From Lingula anatina (taxonomy: Eukaryota > Animalia > Brachiopoda), in contig CM120641.1 in the NCBI GenBank assembly GCA_051362555.1, forward strand, positions 24,434,401 through 24,498,400: a stretch of 64,000 bases of DNA, written 5' to 3'. The translations under genes were made by a program, and so were the position numbers. Positions 26,001-38,400 of this stretch are shown here, in pieces; the stretch's first letter is position 1; every line of letters begins with the position of its first letter. The notes beneath the pieces are model-generated. The model worked only from the letters and a program-made list of their open reading frames with translations. It ran no database searches and was not told where the DNA came from.

Positions 26001-26792
26001 AGACTTCAATATCTGTAACACAGACAAAGAAGGATAAAGCAAAATAATATGACTGATTAACTACCTAGTTAAGTAAGTTAGGCAATGTGCAACTCTTCTT
26101 AGTTTGCTTTTGTTTTGATCGCTTAATGATTTTTTTAAAACTCAAAGACATTTGTACATATTCTATTTGCAAAAATTAAGCATTTTCAAAAAACAAAAAA
26201 GGGGGGAGGGGGCAAAACATGTATTTCAACTATTTATACAAAATTACCATATATCTTCAAGTATCATTTTCAACTGTGTATTGTGATGTTACAAAGGTTG
26301 ATTTATTTGTTCAGAACTTAAAGGTTTATCAAGGCGACAGACCCTACTTGACCTGTGTTCAAGTCAAGTCAGGTACTTTCCCCAAAAAGTAACACTATGG
26401 TTGGTTTATCAACTTAGGAGGCAATTTTATTGAATTCGTTTCAAACTTGACAGATTTCAAGCGGTTTAATTTATTCTTTTCTTTCTTTCTTTTTTATTTA
26501 TTTTGCGTTATGGTAGACTAGTGTGGTATTATGGAGTTGTTTTCTGTGGTTTTTAGGTCTATTAACCAGATTGATTAAATAATCACATTGACACAAGGCA
26601 CAAGTGGCCTGACCTCACAAAGTAGCAGTGCTTTTCTGTAATGTGAAGCATTTTACTATTTTTCTACAATGAGCCTGGAATCTCTGAATGAACGCAATAG
26701 TCATTTTACTCTATGACGGTTACCTCTTTCTGCGTCGATTCGGGAGAAACTCCAAGAACCCCATACAAATCTAACTTCAAAACGTCTGCCAT
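20019..26792 (-). CDS. DNAJC17: DnaJ homolog subfamily C member 17 (J domain + coiled coil + RRM-like domain)
   Basis: Exons (minus): 26792-26724, 26012-25943, 25697-25639, 25359-25272, 24302-24226, 23644-23548, 23160-23123, 22743-22666, 22027-21947, 21661-21542, 20267(or 20144)-20019. Translation: [15 protein letters not shown]...[43 protein letters not shown]...[13 protein letters not shown]...PKLKVKWKSKK...GSAIVEF...AVQNEVG...[19 protein letters not shown]. Colinear with human DNAJC17 as recalled; HPD motif intact. Confidence 0.93.
20375..21271. mobile_element. Probable Helentron-associated (HINE-like) non-autonomous repeat(s) with internal ~158-bp tandem units
   Basis: Two copies of AAAACAGCATAACTTTTG.AAAAATGG..CAATCA.GCTGATTT (about 20476 and 20635), TTTGACCTTGA...GGTCAAAGGTCA motifs (about 20874-20902) and a terminal hairpin TAGTACAGCCAGC...GCTGGTGGTACTA (about 21237-21268). 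Family assignment is inference. Confidence 0.45.
22349..22604. mobile_element. MITE family B (opposite orientation to the 5115 copy)
   Basis: Starts GACTGGGTTCCCAT, the reverse complement of the 5322 end, and ends CTGGGAATGGTCTC; TAC duplicated on both sides. Confidence 0.65.
24708..25190. mobile_element. GC-rich ~480-bp TIR element (MITE) in a DNAJC17 intron
   Basis: Left GGGGCCCGCACACGGTGAGCATTTGGCGCGCGCC versus the reverse complement of the right end GCACCCCGCACACGGTAAGCAATTGGTGCACGCC; AT-rich flanks (TAAA/TTAA). Confidence 0.7.
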
Positions 26793-27290
26793 CTCTCCAT
26801 GTGAAATATAGATTAAACCTTCCTCCTAAAACCGAAGAGCTGTGCATTTTTCCTGACTCCTTTACTAAAGATCTTTATTTATTAGACGGGAAATCACCCG
26901 GGGATGTCCAGGTTTGGCGATAAAAGATCGATGTCATTGTCGTTTTGATTGAAATTAGATTACGGGCTACTGCAATCGAAACTGCAGGGCCTTTTATTGA
27001 GAAGTGTCTGTGAGTCACAAAAACAACAAAGTCAAATGTGAATCTTTTCTTGAGACGTACTAGTATCTGTGAGTCACAAAAAAAGTCAAACATGAATCAT
27101 AATTTATTTCAGAAGACCTGAATACGCCTTGACAATTTAATTATGAATTAAAATTTTGACCACAACTTACATTTTGTATTTCTATCGCCCAGCAAGCTTT
27201 TAGTATTTATTTTTATTGCTATTGCTTAGGTTTAAACATGAATAAAGTGGAGTCGCATACGCACTGGAAACTGTGAAGTTAAAAAGGTAA
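26793..27290. promoter_or_regulatory. Probable bidirectional promoter between DNAJC17 and the Bak-Roc-COR-caspase gene
   Basis: Head-to-head arrangement and locally more CpG. TGAGTCA at 27011-27017 and 27070-27076 inside a duplicated block. Candidate 5'UTR-exon donor AAG|GTAATT at 27287. Confidence 0.55.
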
Positions 27291-27620
27291 TTTGCTGGCC
27301 TCTCTTGTACATCGTAATACACTTGCAGCCAGCCAGTTATTACTGTTATGCAAATATTCTGAATATGTGTTGAAAAAGGGCACTGAAAAGCGACACTAGC
27401 AAAAATTTAATTAGGTGTACGACATAATCAATAATATGAGGTATTTGTGTAAAAAAAATATGGATCTTTTTGTACCAGTTTAAAAGGTCGGTCTAACTGA
27501 CTCTGGATTTACTTTTAAATTCATTAATTATGCATCTTGACTCATGTTTTATTGATTTTGTAGACTATTCCTCAGAAAAAGCCAAAGGATAATTTGTGAT
27601 GATTCATGACAAGGCACTCT

Positions 27621-28050
27621 GGGTTACGCCTTATATTCCGAGGGTTTATTGTTCTGAGGGTCCGATATTCTGAAGATTGTAGAATTCAAGTTCAAAAATC
27701 AACTGCTGTTCTGAGATTTCAATATTCTGAAGGTAGAGGGCCCATTATTCCAAATGATTTTTAGTGCGAGGGTCTGTTGTTCTGCAAGAGGATAGCTGTG
27801 CTTAAATGCAGTGTTATTACTTGCATTGGCAGAGAGGCGCTTTTAACTGTTATTTCGCAACATGTGTGTTACTTTTTTCGGGTATATAGAGCAAATTCTT
27901 GATAGCAGTATATTCAGTGCATGTTTAATTCCCAATGCCACTATGGCTTCGGAAGAGCAGACCTTCGGAGCCAAAGTCCATCAGAACAAAAAACTTCAGA
28001 GCAAAAGTCCCTCGGAAAAAAAGACCCCTCGGAATAAAGTTAGGCCATAA
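27621..28050. mobile_element. Degenerate foldback-like element with inverted arrays of short TTC(C/T)GAGGG repeats
   Basis: Left side repeats TATTCCGAGGG/TGTTCTGAGGG/TATTCTGAAG; right side repeats the complement CCTTCGGA/CCCTCGGAA. Confidence 0.45.
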
Positions 28051-28698
28051 GCCGTCAGAATCTCTATTTGTTTACATCCGAAGAACTATAGCTAAAGTAA
28101 ATGTGCTTAGGAAACTTTAAATATCTTCCAAGTATCTGGCAAGTGGCAGTTACAAAATGTAGATACTGGTAGGAAGAATCATAGGGAAGACTGTGTTTTC
28201 AAATAATTATTTGCCTCTGTCTAGATTAAGTTGAATCTTAGATCATAAACTTCATTTGTTATTTGACGTTCATGAACCTTAGTGTTTACGAACTGAGACA
28301 ATTTTTTTTATTTATATCAATGTTAATACAAACAGTTAATTCCCAAGCCACCATTTCTTTTCTTAACATTAGTGATGATTGTCTAATTCACTATGTTGTA
28401 CTGTTTGGTGAGATCAGAAATGGAGATACCATTATAAATCATATTTCTCTACCATTTCCTTCTTCATTTTTACTCAGATTTGTGAAAGGTGAACAACAAA
28501 CAATATTGTATATGAACACAGCAAACACATTGCCGACCTTGAGTTGGTGGGCAAATTTGTTCATTCCCCAACAGAAAGCGCAAGGAGACTCAAAATTTAG
28601 TATGCAAACCTTGTTTATGAGTTAATTTGTTTGTTGATAGGAATGCCCATGGTCCGAGTTCCCACTGTATTTTTTATCATCATTTGTAGGTGAAAACC

Positions 28699-29384
28699 AT
28701 GTCAGGTAGACCAGAGACACTGTCTCAGGACAGGGTGAGGAGTGTCAGTGAGAGTGCTGCACAGTCCCAAAGGAATCGGAACAACTCCGAGACACATCCA
28801 GGTAACTTGTAAGATTCTGCTTATGCTGGGCTTGACCCCAACTGGAAAATGTTTTTTTTGGCTACGCATGCCATCAGTCACAAGGAATCATCCTGGGGTT
28901 GTAAGGTGGTGTCCAAGTAATCTGCGATTGTCTCCCTAGCTATTTCTCTTGCCCACTATCCACCATAATATTGGTTTTGTGAGTATATAGAACTGTTGAT
29001 ATTAATAGAAACTATAAATGTGGTCAATTCATGTGTAGTCAGTAACTTATTTGTTTAACTATAATTGAACTTCACAATTTGATATAGTTCAACTTTAGTC
29101 AGATTTTTAAAGTTCTCTTTTTTTAAACCATTTATTTATTTATTTATTTATTTTAAGGCTCTGGGCGAGCTCGCAGCAAAACAGAATTGGATGCGAGCAC
29201 CAGAACAGAGGCAGTAGAAAATGAAGTGGTGAGAGAAGACATTCATGCTGTTTTTGACTACTTGGTCAGTGATTGGTTAAAAAATGACTTTGCAGAGAAA
29301 GATGACATTCCTTTAGGACTGAGAAGTTTATGGAATGCTGATAGACACACACTGAGGTGATATAAATAGTGCCGTGGTCTTGGT

Positions 29385-29422
<38 letters not shown>

Positions 29423-32400
29423 GTGTGTATTTAAGTAAGTTTTTTTTTTCAAAATAAGATGTGGTTATTTGTTATGTTAGCCTCTTTACTAAACTATTAC
29501 TAATCAATATTGTTCAATAATGAGAAAACTGATTATCTGAAGAATGGAAGAATAACTGTTATATAATGTCAGTGGCTCTAAAGATGTTTCTTGGTGATTT
29601 ACTTTTTCAGACCATGTGTTGAAAGTTTGGCCTTTGAACTTAAGCATGTAGTAGATGGTATTAAAGACCCTGGTGTTTTTGATGATGCTGTTGGAAAAAC
29701 ATTATTACCACGGTAATGTTTTCAAATTTTTGATTGTATTTTTATGGAAATGATAGAAAGTTCATGGTACTAGTATTTTCATGATGTAAATCATATAGCC
29801 TGAAATATAATGTATTTACTCCTTTCAAACAGTGAGACAGTCCATGACAAATAAGAAAGTATTTGGTTTTAAATTTTCAGAGATATGAAAGATATGATAG
29901 CCTACGAGTTGACTTTACATGCCTGATTTTATGATTATAATATTGATATTCCAGTTGGACTTTAAAAAGTATTGGTGATTCATGCAGGGCTGGTTATATC
30001 TGTCAGCGATTGTGAAATCATTCCTTTTGCTCCTTGTAAAAGGAGTTTCAAAACTTAAGATACTTACCATTCATATTCCAAATTGATATATTTTTCAGGG
30101 GCACTGTGTCAGATTTTAAACCCATTCCTGTCAAATATGAAAATTTTGCATCTCTTGCAAGAGAGACTGTGTAAGTAAAATGTGTGTTATTTTTTCCTTG
30201 TAATTAGTTTTCATACTCCAGTTTTTTGTGGTTTAATGTCATTGTGGAAAAGGCTGAAATATATAGTGAATAATTATAACACTAAAATACATATGTACGG
30301 CAAGTAGACTATTTTTAATGTTTAGCCCCATTCACTAGCCTTTGGATTAGTAAAAGCCTTTAACTTTCAGCCAACTGGTCACTTAGGCTTCATTCACATG
30401 CAATGTCTATTTTCTAAATTCTATTTTCTATTTGCGGTATGTCTTATGATCACGGTCTGTGCCCTGAATATCCCGCGGCGTAATTACTGGCAGCGCGAGC
30501 CAGTTCCTATAAGTTACTATAAGTAACTGGCTTGCTCTGCCAGTAATTACGCGGCGGGATATTCAGGGCACAGACCGTGATCATAAGATAGCGCGAATAG
30601 AAAATAGATTTTTAGAAAATAGACATTCCATGTGAACGAAGCCTTAAACTAGTATTAGACTGATAAATGCAGCCCTTATTACAAACCACAAGAAAAGTAA
30701 AATCCAATTGCGTAGATTTCTTGTTGTGTTGTACTGTTAAATTTTCCCTCTCTTTTTCTTTTTTTTTTTTTTTTTTTAATTTCTTGTTAACAATTTCAGG
30801 ATGTATGGAGATGCAGTAAACCTAGGACGAATAGCTGCTTTGATGTTCTTCAGCTATAGGCTTGTCTTGAAGGCAGGTTCAGATATTCATAGTGACATTA
30901 GGAATCATTTAGGACAATTCTTCCAGGAAGAAAACCTTTTCAGATGGATCAATGACCCAAAGAGGTGCTTTTTTTGTTTGTTCATTTGTTTATGTATGTA
31001 TGTATGTATGGTATGTATGTATGGTATGTATGTATGTATGTATTTGTTCATTTATGAGGCAAAGTTTTCATATGTATGTCATACAACTTGTATTCCAAAA
31101 CTAAGTTACTTAATGCTCAAGTAAAGAAGATTATTACACCAAACAGTTACAGCCTGATATGAGTTTATATAACCATTGAATAGTTGATTAAAAGATAGAA
31201 CAGTTTTACAACTTTCATTATGTCTAATCATGTTAATTCAAATTGTTATGTTTAACAATAAGGTGTAAGATACTGCTGTGTGATTTAAAAAGTTTTCTAT
31301 TATTTTTATGAATTAATTAATTTTGAACTTCGAAAGATGTTGGAATGGGCCATAATCTTGATATCATAAATATATAATACTTTTTCTTTCAATGAATTAT
31401 TTAGTTTTGAGTTTGAGAAGATGTTGGACAGGCCAGATTATCTCCAGGTGTACAAGAAGGCCTGTGCAGAAGGGACGAGAAAAGTGTATCGCCTCAGAGT
31501 GATGATAGTAGGACAGCATGGAGTAGGGAAAACCAGCCTGAGAAAGAGGCTCCTGGACGAAGGGTTCTCTGAGGAATACAAAATCACAGATGGGATAGAT
31601 GTTGATCCATCTGAGTGTGTGGTGGATGTGAAGAATTCTTCAGTGTGGCTAACTTCTGCTAAAGGTATTGATGTATAACTAAAGCAGACTTAATGTAAAA
31701 AAAACTTTCATAAGAAATTGTGTGGAATATTTTAAATACATGTATTTGAAGTTGAAAATTGAATCCAGAATTTTTTATGAAAATTTTCAAAAATTTTGAC
31801 CATTGTTGATGATGTTGAAAAGTATCTGAGATCATCTCAGACCCAACATACACATATTCCTGTATCCATGACCATTGCTTGTCACAAATTATTTTTTGAC
31901 AGTATTACTAGTTAACTTAATTACAGACATGGGGGAAAAGTTCAGAGCCAAAGCCACTCACTCAGGCTTTCAAAGTTTTCAATATTGCTAGGCCAGATGA
32001 ACAAACTTTGGTCTAAATGTTTTTTGATTGAGAATTACTTACTGCATACCATCAGGTGGGTGGTCTGTTGGTATGCACCAACAGTTCTAAAGACATTTTA
32101 TTGTTCTGTCTGACCCTAACAAGAAGAATTTTTTCCAGGATATAAACCTGAAGTTGATGAGGAAGATCCTAAAGAAATTTATGAAAAGGCCATTGCCAAG
32201 GTTCTTCTTGAGCATTATCAAGAAGGGACACCTGGTGAGAGAAAGAATTATTTATATCATCATTATTTGTATTTCGTGTTTATTTGTATCACCCAGCCAA
32301 GTTTTTGTTACATAAGAAGAGTGTGTATCCATTTTGCAATATTTGATACAGCTCAGATAATTTATTTGATAACTAAGTAGACCAATGTTGTTTCGTATAT

Positions 32401-35400
32401 GGTTTTTGTTCTGCTCTTGTATTGTTCCAACATGTCTTTAGAAGCCATGTATTAAAATTGTAAGTGTTCATTGCAGTTGATGTGCCCCAGATGATTCCCA
32501 GCAGTACCTCCTCTGAGGAAGATGTTATGCCAGACAAGCTCAGTAAAGGTTCGTGAGGCCATATTTCACATCAAGAAGTACACTTAACTGGCCCACTTAG
32601 TGAGATTGACAAATTAATAGCCTGGTCCCAAAGTGAATGTTTTGTTTCAAACAGTTATACTATACCAATGTAATGAGAAAATTAAACCTAATACTAGAAA
32701 TGGAGATCAAAATGTTTGGACCTTATCTGAAGGCCCTTTTCATTTGGAGTTGTCACCAGGGTCACCATATCTGTGGGACAGGGCCCTGGGAGACATCCCG
32801 TGCAAACTGTCATTACGTGACACCATGACAAATCCAAATTAGTCTCATTATTTTAGTAATGCCCTGACCATTACATAAGAGGGTCATTTAAATGAAGTCC
32901 CCACTCTCAGCACGTCCAATTAATTTACTTAACAGCAGGTATCAAACTTGTGAAGGACTTGTTAAAGAGAGAAAATACCCTCTAATGTTTTGTGACGTGA
33001 AGTGTGAGATATTTTTTTTCATAATTAACATAATTTTCTCAATTAAAAATTTTTGTTTGTTTGTTTGTTTTTGGCTTCTTAAAGAAAATTCATTGTCTTT
33101 GAAAGTGCAATTCCTTATCTTTTTAGTCAACACACAAATGGTCAAACTTTCTTTAGTGAACATTTTTAATATTTTGGCTATGGAAGAAATGTCATGTCCA
33201 TATTATATTCATCATTTTACGTATTGGCTTCTTGTGATTTGGATGATAATAAATCTGCATTTAATTCACTTTTGCCCTGACCAACAGATGAAAATGGTGC
33301 TACAAATACAGAAGAACCTTTTGGGCATACTAGTACACACATCACTGCTGGAGGGGAAGAAGAAACACCACCTTCTATAACAGCACCAACTGGAAAGCAA
33401 GCTGATGTCAAAGAAAAAAATTACAAGGGTTCAGACAGTGATCTCCATTCTCAACGAAATGGGAAAGATACTGTGGATTTCTTGCAGATTCCTGCCAACC
33501 TGCCACAAGATATCAAAGCCAAGGTATCAGAGCTGAAACTGAAGATGGAGGAGAAGTTGAGGCTCCATAGAAAGGGTGAGTGAATACTCTGTCTGTGCTC
33601 CTCTCAGGGTAAAATGTGGGAGGAATTCATGTCTTTCCTTTTTGTTCCATTTTTTAAAATTTTATTCCTTTATTATCCCTGCACTCTTCTGACAAAAGCC
33701 ATTTATTCTCTTTGTCCATGCAATGAAGGACAGTCCTATAATCCGTTTACAGCTTATTTTTATATGGAAGCAATATAACCAATATACTAAAAATAGGATC
33801 AAACATTCTAATTTACAGCATATAATGTAGCAGATTCAAATTGTCTATCAAAATTGTCCTTTTTTTTTTGTAAATTCATTCATTTAATTATGCCAAAAAC
33901 AGTTAAAGTACTGACTGTAACAGGGTTTGAACTATAATTCTACTTCTTGTTCTTTTTTATAGCTTTCTGATGCAATATTGTTAAAGTGGCAATTCATTGG
34001 CATTTAATTTATTGCCTTCGTGCTACTTTTTCTCTTAAGACTCTTTCAAAATATCTTTTTGCTGCCTCCTACAATAAAAATTACCTGTGATTGAGAAGGT
34101 ATTTTACATGTAATATAGATATCAATGATAGTGTCATTGGGTGTAATACTATACCAAAACACATGTAGAACAGATTAGACTTATATGTCACTTTATATGT
34201 GTTCAAAGTGTGGGCATTGGAGACAGTTACTATTAAATCCTGACAAGTAGATTTCAGGAAAAAAATCTATTGTCATACATACACTGTACAGTATGTCCTT
34301 ATATCCTCTTCTGGATGTTACAACACATGTAGATAAAAACATATACAAGTTGGTAGAAAAAAGAGGATACTGAATTACACTAAGGGTAAATAGGGACATT
34401 TTCATCCAAAGTCTTGTAAAATCAAATGAGATTTATAGGGACTTGCAGGAGAGTGGGCTCAGAAATAATGGTAGATGGTCATAAGCAGTGGCAGCAATGA
34501 ATAAAAGCCGACAGCATATTCATCCAGGGATATTTTTCTGCTCATTTTCTCTTAAGTTCTGTCAATTTACAGACTATAACAAAACAGTACAAATTTACTA
34601 TGGTCTGGGTGTCACCTTTGTATCACTTTCTGAGAAGACATTCCTGGCACATAGAGTTTCACCTTCGCGGCTTTAATGTTGACCTCAACTTATGAAGATT
34701 CTTGCATGTTTTCTTGTCTCATGTGATATCACACATTGCCAAAGACCTCAAAGCTATCTTGGTTGATTCCCATATTCCATTACAAACAGGGTATTTCATA
34801 CACATTCAGCACTGGTACTGTACAAGATTTAACAGCATACATATTTTGCACTATTTTATTGTTAGAGAAGGGGAACATAGGTATGTTAGTTATTACTGAA
34901 GAACCAACCCCTCAGTATAATTTATACACTTATGAGAGTAAAAATAATTATTTTCCTAAATACTTGAGGAAATATAAAGAATGAGGAAATATAAAGAATG
35001 ATGTGAATAAATAGCTGGATTCCACACTTCACCCAACTGAAGAAAGAAGCAGTGCAAAAGTGTCAGTGGGGATTGTACCTGCAATAATGATGATAATCGC
35101 TTCAAAATTATCGTTATTAATAACACATTTAAGGTTTACAAGTGATCTGTTAGCACAACTTATAAGGTTGTGGAGGGTAGAAATACAACAATTAGTGACA
35201 TGAATCACACTGGTACATGTATTATGGTATTATGCATCTGCACAGGTTTATCCACGCATTTTAAGAATCTTTGAAACAAAATGCCTACAACCCCACTGTT
35301 ATGAATCATTCACTCACTCTTCCATTATTCACCAATAAATTGCTGGAGCCCTTGCACAAATTTTCACAAACTTTGAATAAAACCAACTTTTTTTCTAAAG

Positions 35401-38400
35401 TTTTTGTGAAAACTGTTCTAATGGTGCTTATTGGTCCATCTGTAACATTTTAAATATTTTTTTTACAGGTTCCACAGATGAAATTGACAGCAGTTCACTA
35501 GATGAGCCAAAATTAAAACTTTCTTTTTGGGACTTTGGTGGCCAGCATGTCTTTTATACAACACATCAGACATTCCTGACCAGCAGAGCCATCTACTTAC
35601 TGGTGATGGACCTGAACAAGGACATGTATGCAGCAGTGCAGACCTTTCGCCAAGGGAGAACAGAGAGGGTGGTTGACCTTATTGCACCAAAAACAGGCAT
35701 AGGTGGGTGTCCTAACTGTCAGTTATAAGACCATTATCCCCTCTTTATCTCTTAAGAGATTGTTACAAAAAAAAACTTTTTAGAACAAAAACAGGGACTA
35801 ACTTTGTAGAAATGGATTCATTAAGCATTGGTAAGTATGGGAAAATTGGCATTTACCGCAGGAAAATTCATTTTTTGGCCAAAGTGAACAGTTGTTATCC
35901 TTTTAACTCTGGTAAATGAATCCGTTCCAACACTCAAAGTTATTCTGCTTTTTTTTTCCTCTGAAAAGTTTTTCTTTTATAACAATCTCCTTAGAGATTA
36001 TTACAGAAGGTCACCACAGATAACAGGAAAATTGTGATAACTGCCATTTTTGGTGGTGAAATAGAAATAATTATATTTCATTTCAATGTATTTATTGTGA
36101 AGTATAGCTCATACGAAAAGTTGTTTTCCTTTTACTCCATATGGTGATTAGTGTTGTTAGTGCATTTGTAATTAAGGATGGACGTCTTGCGTGGTAATTG
36201 CAGTACGTAAGACAACGCCAAGTGTCTTGTTGTTTTCAATTTACATTCTTGGTTTGTCTTTAATTAATACTGTGATTAGTGTTGCTAGTGTATTTGTAAT
36301 AAAGGATGGAGATCGTGTGTGGTAATTGCTGTAAGACTACACCAAGTTTTATGTCAATTTATTTTTGGATTGCATATAAGTAGCTTAGTTATCTGCTTGC
36401 AACGTGTGTAATTATAGTATTGAATAATTAAGTGTGATGATGTAAATTTTTTTTATTCTCACCAAGGATGTTATGTTTTTTGCCTTTGTTGGTTTGTTAA
36501 CAGCCTCAGAAAATCAATAAAATTTTCAGGATGGGTCAGATATGGGCTTACTAATAAATTAATATATTTTTGTGGTGATCCATCTTTAATTAATAAATTA
36601 ATAATAATGATGAAAATTTAGATGCGTTGGCTTAGGTGTATGCTGTTGCTTTACTAGTTTTACTCTGTTTCACTATAATGCTCTTTTAAAAAGGTTCTTT
36701 TGCTTTGATACTCATATATGTTTCTTTGAAAATCATTTCTAGACTACTTAGATTACTGGCTGAACTCTATTCACACCCATGCTGTGGACCTGAGGACATC
36801 CACCAATAGTCTGCTCAGTCCCCCTGTCATCATCGTCTGCACCCACAAGGACCAGGTAGACCAGGTAAGAGTACGTCATGGTTGACTGCACCAGGCCTGA
36901 TTTGACTAGAATAAGAAGGTTGAATCTTTCAGTGGATATACCAGTATATCAATGTGATGGATTTTTAAATTTTAGAGTATTTTGTAAAAGAAGTCTGCTT
37001 TAATGGTTTAACCAGTTGAGATAGAGTAACTGTTAAAAATGGTTGGGTTTTCCAGAGGAGATGTGGACATATCTTGATTTCCTATAAACTTGCATGATAC
37101 CTAACAAGAGTATTAATGTAATGATTTCAGCCCAGTCCTCAAAAACCAGTAGAAAGATCTTTCATATTTTTGGACTGACTTACATATTCTTTTTCACAAA
37201 AATGAACCTGTTATGGCCATGGCAAATTATTAATTTTTCACATAGTTTATGTAACATGGCAACATGTAATATGAGAAGGTTTGATTAAATGTTTTTAAAA
37301 TTCTTATAGATTTTTGTGAGCAGTCTTCCCTGGTACAAGAGGTACTATGCCAGATATTCAGGCAAAGCATATTACAGTGAAGACCCAGAGTCTGTCTCTG
37401 ATACAGTGAAGTCCTTTTTTAAAGCCATCACAGAGCACTTGGAAGGCAAAGTCTACAATAGCCATGTTTATCACAGGTATTTCGCAATTGACAACAAAAA
37501 CACAGGGGATCCAGCATTGGAGCAACTTCGGCAGACGATTTTTCAGCTAGCACAGCAACAGCAACACTGGGGTGAAGATGTTCCAATCAAATGGTTGAAT
37601 TTGGAGCGACAGCTGCGAGAGATCAAGCAGTCCTCCATGGCAGACGGCAATTTTCTTCCTTTGCAAGAGGTCATTGTTCATGGAAGCTCTGTTGGAATGA
37701 CAGAGGAAGAGGTGATTGCATGTTTGGTATTTTACCACGAAGTTGGCGAAATGGTATTTTTCAACGAAGATCACTTGAGGGAAATTGTCATCCTTGATCC
37801 ACAATGGCTCATTGATGCCTTTAAAAGCATCATCACACTGAAGGAGTTCCACAAAGAAGTCCATGGGAAAAATGGGATCAGCAGAACATACTGGGAGATA
37901 CTGGACAGAAGAGGGATTTTACACGAAGAGCTGGTGGACATGATATGGGAGGAGGAGGACAGGCTGATCAGGTACAAGATTGTCATCCTGCAGTTAATGC
38001 AAAGCTTTGATCTCATTTGTCCACTCAAGAGGGACTTCAGGGAGAACCCACGGGTGTATCAGCCTACCAAGTCTAACCAAGCAGATGAAACAGACCTTGC
38101 ATCTTCCTCACAGACATTTTTTGTGCCATGTTTATTGTCAACTCCATCTGCCAGTGACATCATTCCGGACAAATCCAGGGATGTGTCAGCTCTGTACTTC
38201 AGGTTCTCCTTCTTGCCAAATGGTCTGTTTTATCGTCTAGTTGCATGTGCTGCACAATTCCCAGGTTGGCATGTCTACGGCAAGATGCTGTTTCATGGTT
38301 ACGTCCGCTTTGAGGTAGATGAGGAAAACAAAATGTACATACTGGTCCTGACAAAAGAGGACGACACCATTGCATTCAAGATGCACCTGTTGATGGCTGA

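Larger units (their letters stand above)
29158..30964 (+). other. Bcl-2-family (Bak-like) domain of the fusion gene (exons 2-5)
   Basis: EVVREDIHAVFDYLV (cf. Bak EQVAQDTEEVFRSYV); LAFELKHVVDGI (BH3-like); YENFASLARETVMYGDAVNLGRIAALMFFSYRLVL (cf. Bak YEYFTKIATSLFESGINWGRVVALLGFGYRLAL); LFRWINDPK (start of BH2). Confidence 0.8.

Noticed and set aside
11641-26792. One long minus-strand gene joining DnaJ and DUF3715 exons
   Set aside because: DNAJC17 ends with its conserved C-terminus and a stop at 20019, and the DUF3715 gene has its own ATG with an in-frame upstream stop.
32892-33380. 162-aa hydrophobic ORF inside the fusion gene
   Set aside because: T-rich intron sequence read into exon 9 in the wrong frame; the real exon starts at 33288 in another frame.
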